This document shows, in pieces, positions 29,765 through 39,152 of a stretch of DNA of 64,000 bases. A program made the position numbers and the translations under genes. This DNA comes from Alphaproteobacteria bacterium (GTDB taxonomy: Bacteria > Pseudomonadota > Alphaproteobacteria > RF32 > CAG-239). Numbering within the stretch: the stretch's first letter is position 1; each line of letters starts with the position of its first letter. The stretch covers positions 9,822-73,821 of the forward strand of contig JBGUWS010000019.1 in assembly GCA_045221335.1 (NCBI GenBank), in the 5' to 3' direction. The notes beneath the pieces were generated by a model. The model searched no databases and had not been told where the DNA came from. It worked only from the letters and a program-made list of their open reading frames with translations.

Positions 29765-31141
29765 CTAACTAAATCTGGAAATCAAACGTTGAACATTACC
29801 AATTTCATGATAAGTCATATCAGAAATTAATTTTGTTTTTTTATCTTTACTAAAAGAACAAGGAATAATTGCATTTGTGAAACCTAGTTTTTGAGCTTCT
29901 TTTAAACGCAATCCTGGCTGACTAACGGCTCGTATTTCTCCAGATAAACCAATTTCTCCAAAAACAACCATATCTGCAGGAAGAGGTTTGTTTGTCATGG
30001 ATGATATAACCGCCATAGCAACGGCCAAATCTGCAGCAGGTTCAGATATCTTTAATCCGCCTGCAATATTTAAATAAACATCATGTGTGCTAAAATTCAT
30101 ACCACAACGTGCTTCCAACACGGCCAAGACCATAGCCAAACGATTTGAATCCCATCCGACAACAGCCCTTTTGGCACCGCCATAACCACTATTGCCAACC
30201 AGAGCCTGTATTTCAACCAAAAGTGGACGAGATCCCTCTATTCCAGCAAAAACACAAGATCCAGAAATACATCCCTGTCTCTCTGCCAAAAACAGAGCAG
30301 ATGGATTTTCAACTTCTACCAAACCTGTGTCTTGCATTTCAAAAACACCAATTTCATCTGTAGCGCCATAACGATTTTTGACAGCACGAAGAATCCTAAA
30401 GTGATGTCCCCTGTCTCCCTCAAAATAAAGAACCGTATCAACCATATGTTCTAAAACACGAGGACCGGCAATAGCGCCTTGTTTTGTGACATGGCCAACT
30501 AAAAACAAAACAAACCCCTTCTTTTTCGCTAGTTTTATCAATTCATATGCTGTGGCGCGAACTTGTGCTACGCTACCAGGCGTTGATTCAACATCATCAA
30601 GATACATTGTTTGAATTGAATCAATAATAACCAAAGAGGGTCTTTCTTTTTCTAAGGTGGCAATAATATCTTTAATGTTTGTCGTGCTGGCTAAACGTAC
30701 AGGAGCATCAGCCAGCCCCAAGCGCTGAGCCCTTATTCTAACCTGATCAATAGCTTCTTCTCCGGAAATATAAAAACAACTTCCGTTCTGAAGTTTATTA
30801 GCCATTCCTGCACAAATTTGCAGTAAAAGAGTTGATTTACCAATACCGGGATCCCCTCCGACAAGAATAACAGAGCCCGGAACTAATCCTCCTCCAGAAA
30901 CGCGATTAATTTCTGAAAGATTTGTAACCAAGCGTTTATAGGTTTGATTCTCCCCATTTAAAGATACAAAATCGATCTGAGAACCTTTCTTTTTGCTTGA
31001 AAGGTTAGAAAATCCATCTGATACACTTTTTTCCTCAACAACAGTATTCCATTCGCCACAAGCATCACATTTTCCTTGCCACTTGGGGTAAACAGCACCA
31101 CAAGTCTGACAAACATATTCTATTGTTGTTTTTTTAGGCAT
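29765..31141 (-). CDS. radA: DNA repair protein RadA (Sms)
   Basis: It has an N-terminal C4 zinc finger (CQTCGAVYPKWQGKCDACGEW), a RecA-like Walker A (GDPGIGKST), KNRYG, and a Lon-like C-domain. Confidence 0.95.
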   Translation of the reverse strand: MPKKTTIEYVCQTCGAVYPKWQGKCDACGEWNTVVEEKSVSDGFSNLSSKKKGSQIDFVSLNGENQTYKRLVTNLSEINRVSGGGLVPGSVILVGGDPGIGKSTLLLQICAGMANKLQNGSCFYISGEEAIDQVRIRAQRLGLADAPVRLASTTNIKDIIATLEKERPSLVIIDSIQTMYLDDVESTPGSVAQVRATAYELIKLAKKKGFVLFLVGHVTKQGAIAGPRVLEHMVDTVLYFEGDRGHHFRILRAVKNRYGATDEIGVFEMQDTGLVEVENPSALFLAERQGCISGSCVFAGIEGSRPLLVEIQALVGNSGYGGAKRAVVGWDSNRLAMVLAVLEARCGMNFSTHDVYLNIAGGLKISEPAADLAVAMAVISSMTNKPLPADMVVFGEIGLSGEIRAVSQPGLRLKEAQKLGFTNAIIPCSFSKDKKTKLISDMTYHEIGNVQRLISRFS

Positions 31142-31143
31142 GA

Positions 31144-31911
31144 TTACTTCTCCACAGAAATAGGCCCTTTAGATGAGCCATGAATGAATTGATAAACATA
31201 AGGATTATCTGTCTTATCCAACTCTTTAACTGTGCCATACCAAATGATTTTACCTTGATACAGCATAGCTATTTTATCAGCTATTTTTCGAGCAGAAGTC
31301 ATATCGTGAGTAATTGTTAAGGTTGTTGCACCCAAATCTTTTGCAGATTCAACAATTAGATCATTAATAACATCAGCCATTATAGGATCAAGTCCCGTTG
31401 TGGGTTCATCAAAAAATATTATCTCTGGTCTTGTAATAACAGCGCGCGCTAATCCTACCCTTTTCTGCATTCCTCCAGATAGTTCGGAAGGATATAAATC
31501 GGCAATTTCAGCACCCAAGCCCACCTGACGTAAAACTTTTATAGCAACAATTTTAGCTTCTTTTTTGCTAATTTTTCTATTTTGTATTAGGTCAAAAGCA
31601 ACATTTTCCCAAACTGTCAAACTATCAAATAATGCACCACCCTGAAACAGCATACCCATTTTGCTATGCATTTTTTCAATAATATCAGGATTATTGTTTG
31701 CCACCTCAATATCATCAATCTTTATAGAACCAGAATCTGGAACAAGTAATCCTTGTATACATTTAATCAAGACAGATTTTCCAGTCCCAGAACCACCAAT
31801 AACAACAAGAGATTCTCCTTTGTGCAAATCCAAATCTACACCGCATAAAACCTGTTTTTTACCAAAACTCTTATGTAAGTTTCTTATTTTAATTTTAATG
31901 TCTTTGCTCAT
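31144..31911 (-). CDS. mlaF: ABC transporter ATP-binding protein, MlaF-like (phospholipid/toluene-tolerance ABC)
   Basis: It has Walker A (GGSGTGKS), the signature LSGGMQKR and Walker B (IIFFDEPTTGLD). It pairs with the adjacent MlaE-like permease. Confidence 0.8.
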   Translation of the reverse strand: MSKDIKIKIRNLHKSFGKKQVLCGVDLDLHKGESLVVIGGSGTGKSVLIKCIQGLLVPDSGSIKIDDIEVANNNPDIIEKMHSKMGMLFQGGALFDSLTVWENVAFDLIQNRKISKKEAKIVAIKVLRQVGLGAEIADLYPSELSGGMQKRVGLARAVITRPEIIFFDEPTTGLDPIMADVINDLIVESAKDLGATTLTITHDMTSARKIADKIAMLYQGKIIWYGTVKELDKTDNPYVYQFIHGSSKGPISVEK

Positions 31912-31922
31912 TTTTTATTCCT

Positions 31923-32711
31923 TTATCTTGAAAAGAACATTTCAGTGATAAGATAGTTAAATATTAAAATCAAAATAGACGAAGAAACAACAGCATTTGT
32001 TGTTGCGCTACCAACACCTTGTGCCCCTCCTTTGGATTTATATCCATGATAGCAGCCCATTAAGGAGATGATAAAACCAAAAACAGCAGCTTTTACTAAC
32101 CCGGAAACGATACCAATAATCTGTAAATCTTCAAATGTTGCTGTGATATAGTTTGCAGGATTAAAACCGAGCTTATAAACACCAACAATATAACCACCAA
32201 AAATTCCGATAATGTCTCCAACAAAAACCAAAATGGGTAAAACAATAAAACCAGCCCACAACCGAGGAGAAACCAAGTATTTAAAAGGGTTCGTTGATAA
32301 GGTTACTAAAGCATCTATCTGTTCAGTAACACGCATAGTACCAATTTCCGCTGCCATTGCAGCTCCAATTCTGCCAGCAACCATAAGCGCAGATAAAACA
32401 GGCGCTAATTCTCGTGTTACAGAAATTAAAACCACAGAAGCAATAACGCTTTCCGCCTTAAACCCTGTAAAACCGGAATACGTTTGTAAAGCAATAACCA
32501 TACCGGCAAACAAGGTTGTTAAACCAACAACAGGCAAAGAATAAAAACCTATATCAAGTAACTGTTTGAAAAATAACTTAAAATAAAAAGGAGGAACAAA
32601 ACAGTGGTAAATAGATTTAATAACAAAAGAGATCAAATCTCCCAAAGAAAAAAGGAACCCTACTAAAGGTTTGCCCAAAGCTCTCAAAAATCTTTCCAAT
32701 AAATGTGTCAT
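31923..32711 (-). CDS. mlaE: MlaE-family ABC permease
   Basis: 262-aa permease with the MlaE/Ttg2B topology and the conserved QTYxGF-like motif (ALQTYSGF). Confidence 0.8.
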   Translation of the reverse strand: MTHLLERFLRALGKPLVGFLFSLGDLISFVIKSIYHCFVPPFYFKLFFKQLLDIGFYSLPVVGLTTLFAGMVIALQTYSGFTGFKAESVIASVVLISVTRELAPVLSALMVAGRIGAAMAAEIGTMRVTEQIDALVTLSTNPFKYLVSPRLWAGFIVLPILVFVGDIIGIFGGYIVGVYKLGFNPANYITATFEDLQIIGIVSGLVKAAVFGFIISLMGCYHGYKSKGGAQGVGSATTNAVVSSSILILIFNYLITEMFFSR

Positions 32712-32754
32712 TTTATAAGGCCTCTGTTATACATATACATTATAATTAACACAA

Positions 32755-33210
32755 CTATCTTATTATGCTAGTTATTTTTAAAATAATTTTGCAAATTGTA
32801 GAACAATCAAAAGGGTACAATCTAATTTTTTCAACAGAAACACCTAAAAACTTGGTATATTCTTTTTTAGGAAGACGTTCTAAAAGGGTTCTGTCTGTGC
32901 ATAGTTCAACACATAAAGAAATTTTTTCTTTTTTCTTTGAGTCAAAAGACAACAGTCCAAGGTTGCGAACCTCCATTTTTCCGGAAATGTTTTCAGGAGA
33001 AGATCCGTAAAGATTTCCATCTATACACTCCAAATTTACTCTGTCATCAGCCACTAAAACAGCGCCATGCTCCATAATCATACGTAATGCCACATCAGAC
33101 TTTCCTGATCCGGATTTTCCAATAAATAAAATTCCGGTATTTTTAAAACTAACTAGTGTTGCATGAATATTATTCACCAAAAATCCCCCCAAGCCTTTTG
33201 CGTTTTTCAT
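32755..33210 (-). CDS. hprK: short HprK-like kinase (C-terminal kinase domain only, alphaproteobacterial type)
   Basis: It has NIHATLV...GILFIGKSGSGKSDVALRMI..GAVLVADDR, which is the HprK P-loop/kinase core; the N-terminal domain is absent, as in Rhizobiales. The start is ambiguous among the ATG at 33243, the ATG at 33210, or a GTG overlapping the tsaE stop with a GGGGGA RBS. Confidence 0.6.
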   Translation of the reverse strand: MKNAKGLGGFLVNNIHATLVSFKNTGILFIGKSGSGKSDVALRMIMEHGAVLVADDRVNLECIDGNLYGSSPENISGKMEVRNLGLLSFDSKKKEKISLCVELCTDRTLLERLPKKEYTKFLGVSVEKIRLYPFDCSTICKIILKITSIIR

Positions 33211-33637
33211 CGGAATATACCTCAATATCAAAAGAGCGCGCATCTCCTTTTGTTATAATCGTGATTTTCCAGATGTCTTTTGGCATAAGTTGAGTTATTT
33301 TTTCAGGCCATTCAATTAAACAAACCCCATTATAAAAAGCTTCTTCAATATCAAGCTCAAACGCATCATCAGGTTTTTTTAGCCGATACATATCATAATG
33401 ATAGATTTCAAATAAATCTGCATCATATGTTTGTACAAGGGTAAATGTTGGGCTGGGAACATCCGGTGCTCCCGTTAAATACTGGATAAAATATCTGGAA
33501 AAAGTGCTCTTGCCAACGCCTAAAGTTCCATATAAAGTAAAAACATCACCTTTTCGAGCTATTTTTGCAAATTTTTCAGCCAAAAATCGCGTTTCTTCTT
33601 CTGAGAGGCAGTCTATGTTTTTTTTATATATCATCAT
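33170..33637 (-). CDS. tsaE: tRNA t6A37 biosynthesis ATPase TsaE (YjeE)
   Basis: It has the P-loop GTLGVGKSTF and the SPTFTLVQTY motif characteristic of TsaE. Confidence 0.85.
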   Translation of the reverse strand: MMIYKKNIDCLSEEETRFLAEKFAKIARKGDVFTLYGTLGVGKSTFSRYFIQYLTGAPDVPSPTFTLVQTYDADLFEIYHYDMYRLKKPDDAFELDIEEAFYNGVCLIEWPEKITQLMPKDIWKITIITKGDARSFDIEVYSDEKRKRLGGIFGE

Positions 33638-34482
33638 TTAAACCAAGAGCCAAATTTAAAAAATCCACCAGAATTACTTTTTATTGTAAAGTCATTTTGT
33701 TTACGTTTAATATTGCGCCAGTCTTCTGGAGAATAAAAATCACCCTCCCACAAACCGGAAGAATCATTTTGCGCCTTAATTTCATAAGGTTTGTAAATGT
33801 TTGTTTCTGTTGTTTTAGCAAGAGCCCAACCAGCTCCCACTAAACCTGCACCAATATCATATTTTCCCCAAACACAAATGGCAGAATCTTTGCCTTTGGG
33901 TTCAACCTTTAGAATGTAACAATCAATAGGGTTTTTATCTATCCAATTGCGAACCCATGATGCGGCATATTCTCCACAATTATAAGATCGTCCTATAGAA
34001 TCCGAACAAAGCTGATCGTTATCTGGTGCATCAACACCAAACAAACGAACATAACGACCGCCGATATAGAAAACATGAGCATGAATAACGGTTACACTAC
34101 CACTTATCCTGGGATAGGCAGATAAGTTAACACCGGTATTCTTCTTTTTCTTTTTGGAGATTCTTTGGGCTGTTTTTTGATTACCGAGTTCTTCTGAAAC
34201 GGAAAATGCTTTTCTGTCGGCTTCTGACTGAGATAAACCAGTATTTTTTTGATCAACCAGCAAAGCATAAGCCAAACCGATAGCCACAAGTGTAATCCAG
34301 AAGCTATAAGAAGGCAATGTTTGTTTAACTGCAATATATATCAAGGCTATACCACCAGCAAGAATAATAAAGCCAAAAAACTGCCAAAAAACGGAAACGT
34401 TATTTATTGTCAAAACGCCCCACAAAATTAAAAACAAACCGATAAAACCGCAAAATATTCTTTTAAGCCAAAGCATAAACAC
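33634..34482 (-). CDS. membrane-anchored thermonuclease (SNase-like) family protein
   Basis: It has two N-terminal TM helices, then a staphylococcal-nuclease-like core (VRLFGVDAPDNDQLCSDSIGRSYNCGEYAASWV...GAGLVGAGWALA). Confidence 0.7.
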   Translation of the reverse strand: MFMLWLKRIFCGFIGLFLILWGVLTINNVSVFWQFFGFIILAGGIALIYIAVKQTLPSYSFWITLVAIGLAYALLVDQKNTGLSQSEADRKAFSVSEELGNQKTAQRISKKKKKNTGVNLSAYPRISGSVTVIHAHVFYIGGRYVRLFGVDAPDNDQLCSDSIGRSYNCGEYAASWVRNWIDKNPIDCYILKVEPKGKDSAICVWGKYDIGAGLVGAGWALAKTTETNIYKPYEIKAQNDSSGLWEGDFYSPEDWRNIKRKQNDFTIKSNSGGFFKFGSWFK

Positions 34483-34518
34483 TCCATTAAGATAATAACC
34501 AATTATTAGAATGTATTT

Positions 34519-36234
34519 TTAATCGTAAAGATTTGGTAAAACATCGCTATTTTTCTCTTTTGATGCTTTCAACCTATCAACTTTTTTTAAATTTACAATA
34601 AATTTAGGCACATCAAAGTTTTCACATTTATCAGAATAAAGAAATTTATTAAAAGCGGATAAACTTTCTGTAAATTCCTCATCTTGGAACAAAGTAGCAA
34701 TATCATTAAAATTGTTTATTTTTTTTAAAGGATATTTCTTTTGTGCCCACAACAGAAGGTGTTCTTTCGCTTTTTGATAATCATGATCTTTTAAAGCCTT
34801 TACGATATCAGTAACACGCTCTGGTTGCTTTTTTCTTAAAAGAACAAAAACAACCAAAAGCACAATAAACAGAAGAATCAACAAATAAAAAGCATAGGAA
34901 CTAAACAATTTTTCTTTTTCAGTATTATTTTTTTCCAACATCTTTTCTGAAGTGTTGAGCTGTTCGTTCGGATCTTTGTTTTCTTCCTTCTGGTATGAAG
35001 GGTTGGTATTTCCTAAGTTTTGCATAACCGGAATGGTATCAGCGGGAATGGTAGCTGTCTCCGCCCTGTTTGTTTTCAGATTAAACCACTTCACTTTTAT
35101 TTCGGGAACAACCAGATTTCCAGATTTTGTTGGTATATAGACGTTATTTATTTCTGCAGAGGTAACAAATTGACCGCGAACAATTTTTTCAGATGTCTTG
35201 GGTTTTTCGGGGTATTGTTTTATGCCATCAATATCAGGAAAAACGATTTGTGGTAACATGCTTTCTGTTATGCCTTTTGCCTCTATATTAATAGTTCTGC
35301 TAAAAGCTTCTCCAACTCTAAAACCTTTTTGTACAGACCAATTTGCTGATAAATCCAAATCCTGCAAGGGAAGCCAATTTGATGCAGAAAAACCTTCAGG
35401 AATAGGCTTAACTTCTATATCAACAGATTTTGTTTTCATTTTAATAGGAACTTTTTGCCCAAAAATATTATGAAAATCTATACCAAACATCGCGATTTCA
35501 TCATTAAAATTAGAAAAAGCAAAGTCTGAATCTTTAACATAATAACCATCAAAAACAAACTGCGGAGCCTTGATTTTTCCGCTTTTTTGAGGAAAAGCAG
35601 CGAAAACATAGGTTGCAATATTTGTTTGTCGGCCATTGATGACCTCCTGTTTAATTTGAGGTTTATCAGAAACAGGCAAAACAACCCAATCTTGAGACAT
35701 TTGTTCATCGACAGACAAAGAGGCTTTCTGTAGTCCTACACCAGCATAAATGTTAACAAAAACAAACATTTGCTGTTGAATATAAGGGTTTTTATTACTA
35801 AATTTTTGATCTATAAAAAAATATGGGGAGTTAGAGTTTTCTCTTGCATCCGGTGCATAAGCAACATCCGTTATTTCATTAACTTCAACACTAACTGCAT
35901 TAGAAATTAAATTACCCAATTTTATAGGAGAAATTACAAGTTTTCCGGATTTGAGAGGTTGTAGTCCTATGACCCATTTTTTTAGATGTGAAGAAGCTCC
36001 ATTTACAAAAGTAAACTGTGAAGAGGAAGAGTTAGAAACAATCTTAAAATTTTTTTGTAGAGAAGAAAGATCAGGAGAATCGCTACTGTCACCACTATAT
36101 TCAATAGTCAAAAACAAAGTATCGCCTTCTGTGACATTCTTCTTGTCTAGAGAAATATTTATTTCTGCGGCAAAAGAAACTGTCGCCATAAAAATAAAAC
36201 AAAAACAAAATAAAATCCTATTTATTTTCATCAT
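34519..36234 (-). CDS. BatD-like protein (signal peptide, large extracytoplasmic domain, C-terminal TM anchor)
   Basis: 571 aa with an N-terminal signal peptide and a single TM helix near residue 440 (YAFYLLILLFIVLLVVFVLL), followed by a cytoplasmic tail. This architecture, and its position after the BatA and BatB/C homologues, match BatD. Confidence 0.55.
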   Translation of the reverse strand: MMKINRILFCFCFIFMATVSFAAEINISLDKKNVTEGDTLFLTIEYSGDSSDSPDLSSLQKNFKIVSNSSSSQFTFVNGASSHLKKWVIGLQPLKSGKLVISPIKLGNLISNAVSVEVNEITDVAYAPDARENSNSPYFFIDQKFSNKNPYIQQQMFVFVNIYAGVGLQKASLSVDEQMSQDWVVLPVSDKPQIKQEVINGRQTNIATYVFAAFPQKSGKIKAPQFVFDGYYVKDSDFAFSNFNDEIAMFGIDFHNIFGQKVPIKMKTKSVDIEVKPIPEGFSASNWLPLQDLDLSANWSVQKGFRVGEAFSRTINIEAKGITESMLPQIVFPDIDGIKQYPEKPKTSEKIVRGQFVTSAEINNVYIPTKSGNLVVPEIKVKWFNLKTNRAETATIPADTIPVMQNLGNTNPSYQKEENKDPNEQLNTSEKMLEKNNTEKEKLFSSYAFYLLILLFIVLLVVFVLLRKKQPERVTDIVKALKDHDYQKAKEHLLLWAQKKYPLKKINNFNDIATLFQDEEFTESLSAFNKFLYSDKCENFDVPKFIVNLKKVDRLKASKEKNSDVLPNLYD

Positions 36235-38131
36235 GATACCTATCTTTCGAATATTCTTTTTTTATAAACTCTCTTAAAAGTCCACCAACATTTTCTGGAA
36301 TTTCACGATATTGACGTTGTTTAGCTAAAACTTCCTCGTCACCTTGCGGTGCATCCTCTTTATTTTTTATGCTCGTACCAACTGCTTCCTCTTCTGTTTC
36401 ATCCGAAGAATCTTTTGCTTGACTCGTTTTCTGTTGAGAACTTGCTTGTTCATCAGAATCACCTGTTTTATCCTGGGGCGAAGATTCTTTATTGTCAGAA
36501 GAAGAATTTTTTTGCTGATTGTCAGAATTGTTTTCTTGTTTATTATTTGAATCTGTTTCCTGGGATTTTACATCTTGCGAAGATTTGTCATTATTGTTTT
36601 GTTTTTGTTCAGAAGAGTTTTTTTGATTTTCTTGCTCTTGGGGATCCGTAGACTGATTTTGTTCTTGATTTTCTTGTTCTTGAGGATTCGTAGACTGATC
36701 TTGTTCTGAATTTGAATTAGAAGAAGAGTTTGATTCGGAATTAGAATTATTTTTATCCTGAGAAGAATTGTCGTTTTGATCTTTATTTTGATTTTGCTGG
36801 TTTTGCTGATCCTGTTGATCGTTTTGGCATTCTAACAATGAGGGGTCTTTTTTAGCATCGTCAAATAACTTATCCAACACTTGCTTATTATACAGAGCAT
36901 CTTCATTCTTCGGGTTTAATTTATAAGCAGCCTCAAAAGCTTCTATTGCTTCTTTGTATTTACATAAACGTGTCAAAATAACACCTTTATTATAGAACGA
37001 TAAATCATCTTTTGGGTGTGATAGTTCTTTTAGGGCTTCTTCATTTTTGTTTTGTTTGTAAAAAACAATACTTTTCCAGAAAGGATCCTTAAATTTTTTT
37101 AAAGCAAGATCATATTGCTGATTTTTCAGAAATCTTAAACCTTCCTGGTTATCATTAAGGAAGAAACTAGCATTAGCATTGAAAGAAAAGAAACAAAAAA
37201 AGAAAAATATAAAAATTCCTCTACGAAAGAAAGGTAATAAACACAAGAGAGAAATAAAAACGAGATAATAGCCATAATCCAAAAACTGTGACTGTAAATT
37301 TTTGCTGATATTGAGTTTATCTTTATCAGAAGCAACTATCTTACTTAGAAGCTTCTGTAAATTTGTTTCTTTCACGCTTATATAAACACCGTTGCCTTTT
37401 TGAGCGAGCATTTCTAGCTTCTCGTTACCGGAAAATGAAGTGTCTACAACATTTAGGGTATATTTCATACGTGCCGCTTTTTCAGCTTGTTCTATAGCTA
37501 AATCAAGACGCTGGCCAATATCTGACGCAAACATTATAATGTTACCATGGCCATTACCGGCAGATTTAAATTTTTCTATTGCTAAAGCAACGGCTCTATC
37601 TAAACGATCTCCTTGGTCAGGAACAATATCCGGAACAATTTGTGGTAATAAATTTTTTATAATACTTATATCATCGGTAAACGGAGTTATAATATAAGGC
37701 TCTTGAGAATATACTTCTAATCCAAATTGTCCTTCAGGTGCAGCTTTTGATATATCAGAAATCATATATTTTGCACGCTCTAACCTTGAAGGCGTTATGT
37801 CTTCTAGATTCATATTTGGAGCTAAAGAAATAACAAACATTGATGGATTTTCAATAACAAAAGCCGGTATTTCTATTTTTTTCCAACAAGGACCAGCCGC
37901 GGCAATGATTGTTGAAATCAAACCAATATAGATGTACTTTGTTAAAGATAATTTCTTATACTTTTTTGTTTTGGATAACAGTAGTTCTAATAGGTTTTTA
38001 TCGCAAACATTTTCCCAACTAGAAATGCTATTATGGAAATAAATTTTTTTCATATAAAAAACAAAGGGCAAAAACAAAAATAAAAGCACCCAGGGACGCA
38101 AAAAGTGAAAGTTTTGAAAAAATTCAATCAT
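36218..38131 (-). CDS. BatB/BatC-like fusion: degenerate VWA domain, TM segments, TPR repeats and a Q/N/S/D/E-rich low-complexity tail
   Basis: It has an N-terminal TM, a VWA-like region with MIDAS degenerated to SLAPNM, a second TM block, a TPR region (ALKKFKD...AIEAFEAAYKLNPKNEDALYNK), and then a roughly 200-aa QNQ/SSN tail. Confidence 0.55.
   Translation of the reverse strand: MIEFFQNFHFLRPWVLLFLFLPFVFYMKKIYFHNSISSWENVCDKNLLELLLSKTKKYKKLSLTKYIYIGLISTIIAAAGPCWKKIEIPAFVIENPSMFVISLAPNMNLEDITPSRLERAKYMISDISKAAPEGQFGLEVYSQEPYIITPFTDDISIIKNLLPQIVPDIVPDQGDRLDRAVALAIEKFKSAGNGHGNIIMFASDIGQRLDLAIEQAEKAARMKYTLNVVDTSFSGNEKLEMLAQKGNGVYISVKETNLQKLLSKIVASDKDKLNISKNLQSQFLDYGYYLVFISLLCLLPFFRRGIFIFFFFCFFSFNANASFFLNDNQEGLRFLKNQQYDLALKKFKDPFWKSIVFYKQNKNEEALKELSHPKDDLSFYNKGVILTRLCKYKEAIEAFEAAYKLNPKNEDALYNKQVLDKLFDDAKKDPSLLECQNDQQDQQNQQNQNKDQNDNSSQDKNNSNSESNSSSNSNSEQDQSTNPQEQENQEQNQSTDPQEQENQKNSSEQKQNNNDKSSQDVKSQETDSNNKQENNSDNQQKNSSSDNKESSPQDKTGDSDEQASSQQKTSQAKDSSDETEEEAVGTSIKNKEDAPQGDEEVLAKQRQYREIPENVGGLLREFIKKEYSKDRYHDENK
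36640..36725. repeat. tandem 42-bp direct repeat (2 copies) encoding STNPQEQENQEQNQ / STDPQEQENQKNSS in the BatB/C-like tail
   Basis: ggatccgtagactgattttgttcttg... recurs as ggattcgtagactgatcttgttctg... 42 nt downstream. Confidence 0.4.
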
Positions 38132-39152
38132 GCAAAGATCTCCCCGGTTTAAAAATTAATAAACTCAAGAGAAATAAAGCCAGCAATAAAGGAATATAAA
38201 AAAGCTCCTTTGTTTCTTGGACAATATTCTGCTTTTCTACTTGCGGTTCGAGGGTATCTATTTGTTGATAAATTTGAGATAGGTCGTTCAAATCACTGGC
38301 CCTGAAATAATTGCCCTGAGTACGTTTTGCCAATTCCTTTAAACTGGTCTCATCAAGTTCTGCATCGCGTAGATGGAACAAAGATTCTATAAAATTTGCT
38401 TGTCCTCCGACACCAACGGTATAAATTTTTATGTTTTCTTTTTCGGCAAGAGAAATTGCTTGAGCCATACTGAGAAAGCCATCGTTATTTTCTCCGTCTG
38501 TCAATAAAATAATAAGTTTATTGTTTTTGTTGTTGTCCTTTAGATTTTTTAAAGCCAAACCAAGAGCATCGCCAATAGATGTAGATCCTCCCGCCATACC
38601 GGCATCTGTGTTTAATAAAATTTCCTTAACAGTTTGTCTGTCAAAAGTTAAAGGTGATTGCAAATAAGCCTGTGTGCCAAATAATATCAAACCAAATCGG
38701 TCTTCCGTTCTTTTTTCGATAAAAGCAGAAATCACAGCCTTAACAGCTGTCATTCTATCCAATCGTCGAGTTTGTGTGGAAAAGTCTGGCTGCAACATGG
38801 AGTTCGAAATATCAACAACAAGCATTATATCACGACTTTGTTTTCTTATATGGTGTGGTTCGCCTACATATTGAGGACGAGCAGCAGCAAATACCAACAA
38901 AGTCCAAATTGTGTAAACATATAAGAGTTTGAAAGAAAAAGACAAAGTCTTTTCAATAAAAGGAAAATGCAAAGATCCTATCCGCGCTTTTATCTGTTTG
39001 ATATCATCTAAAAAAGGAACCTTTAGCGCTCCACCAAGCGGTCCTGAAACTTTGGGTAGCAGAAAAAAAATACACCAAGGTAAAAAAAGTAACAAAAACA
39101 TCTCTGGATATAAAAATCGATTCATAGATTCGCTCCTATCCAATGATGGCAA
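38124..39152 (-). CDS. BatA-like VWA-domain membrane protein
   Basis: It has an N-terminal TM pair and a VWA domain with an intact MIDAS (LVVDISNSM ... LLTDGENN), plus a C-terminal TM. Confidence 0.7.
   Translation of the reverse strand: MPSLDRSESMNRFLYPEMFLLLFLPWCIFFLLPKVSGPLGGALKVPFLDDIKQIKARIGSLHFPFIEKTLSFSFKLLYVYTIWTLLVFAAARPQYVGEPHHIRKQSRDIMLVVDISNSMLQPDFSTQTRRLDRMTAVKAVISAFIEKRTEDRFGLILFGTQAYLQSPLTFDRQTVKEILLNTDAGMAGGSTSIGDALGLALKNLKDNNKNNKLIILLTDGENNDGFLSMAQAISLAEKENIKIYTVGVGGQANFIESLFHLRDAELDETSLKELAKRTQGNYFRASDLNDLSQIYQQIDTLEPQVEKQNIVQETKELFYIPLLLALFLLSLLIFKPGRSLHD

Noticed and set aside
36344-36651. Plus-strand ORFs antisense to the Q/N-rich tail of the BatB/C-like gene
   Set aside because: They arise from repetitive low-complexity coding sequence on the other strand and encode RRIF/LLIV-type junk peptides.
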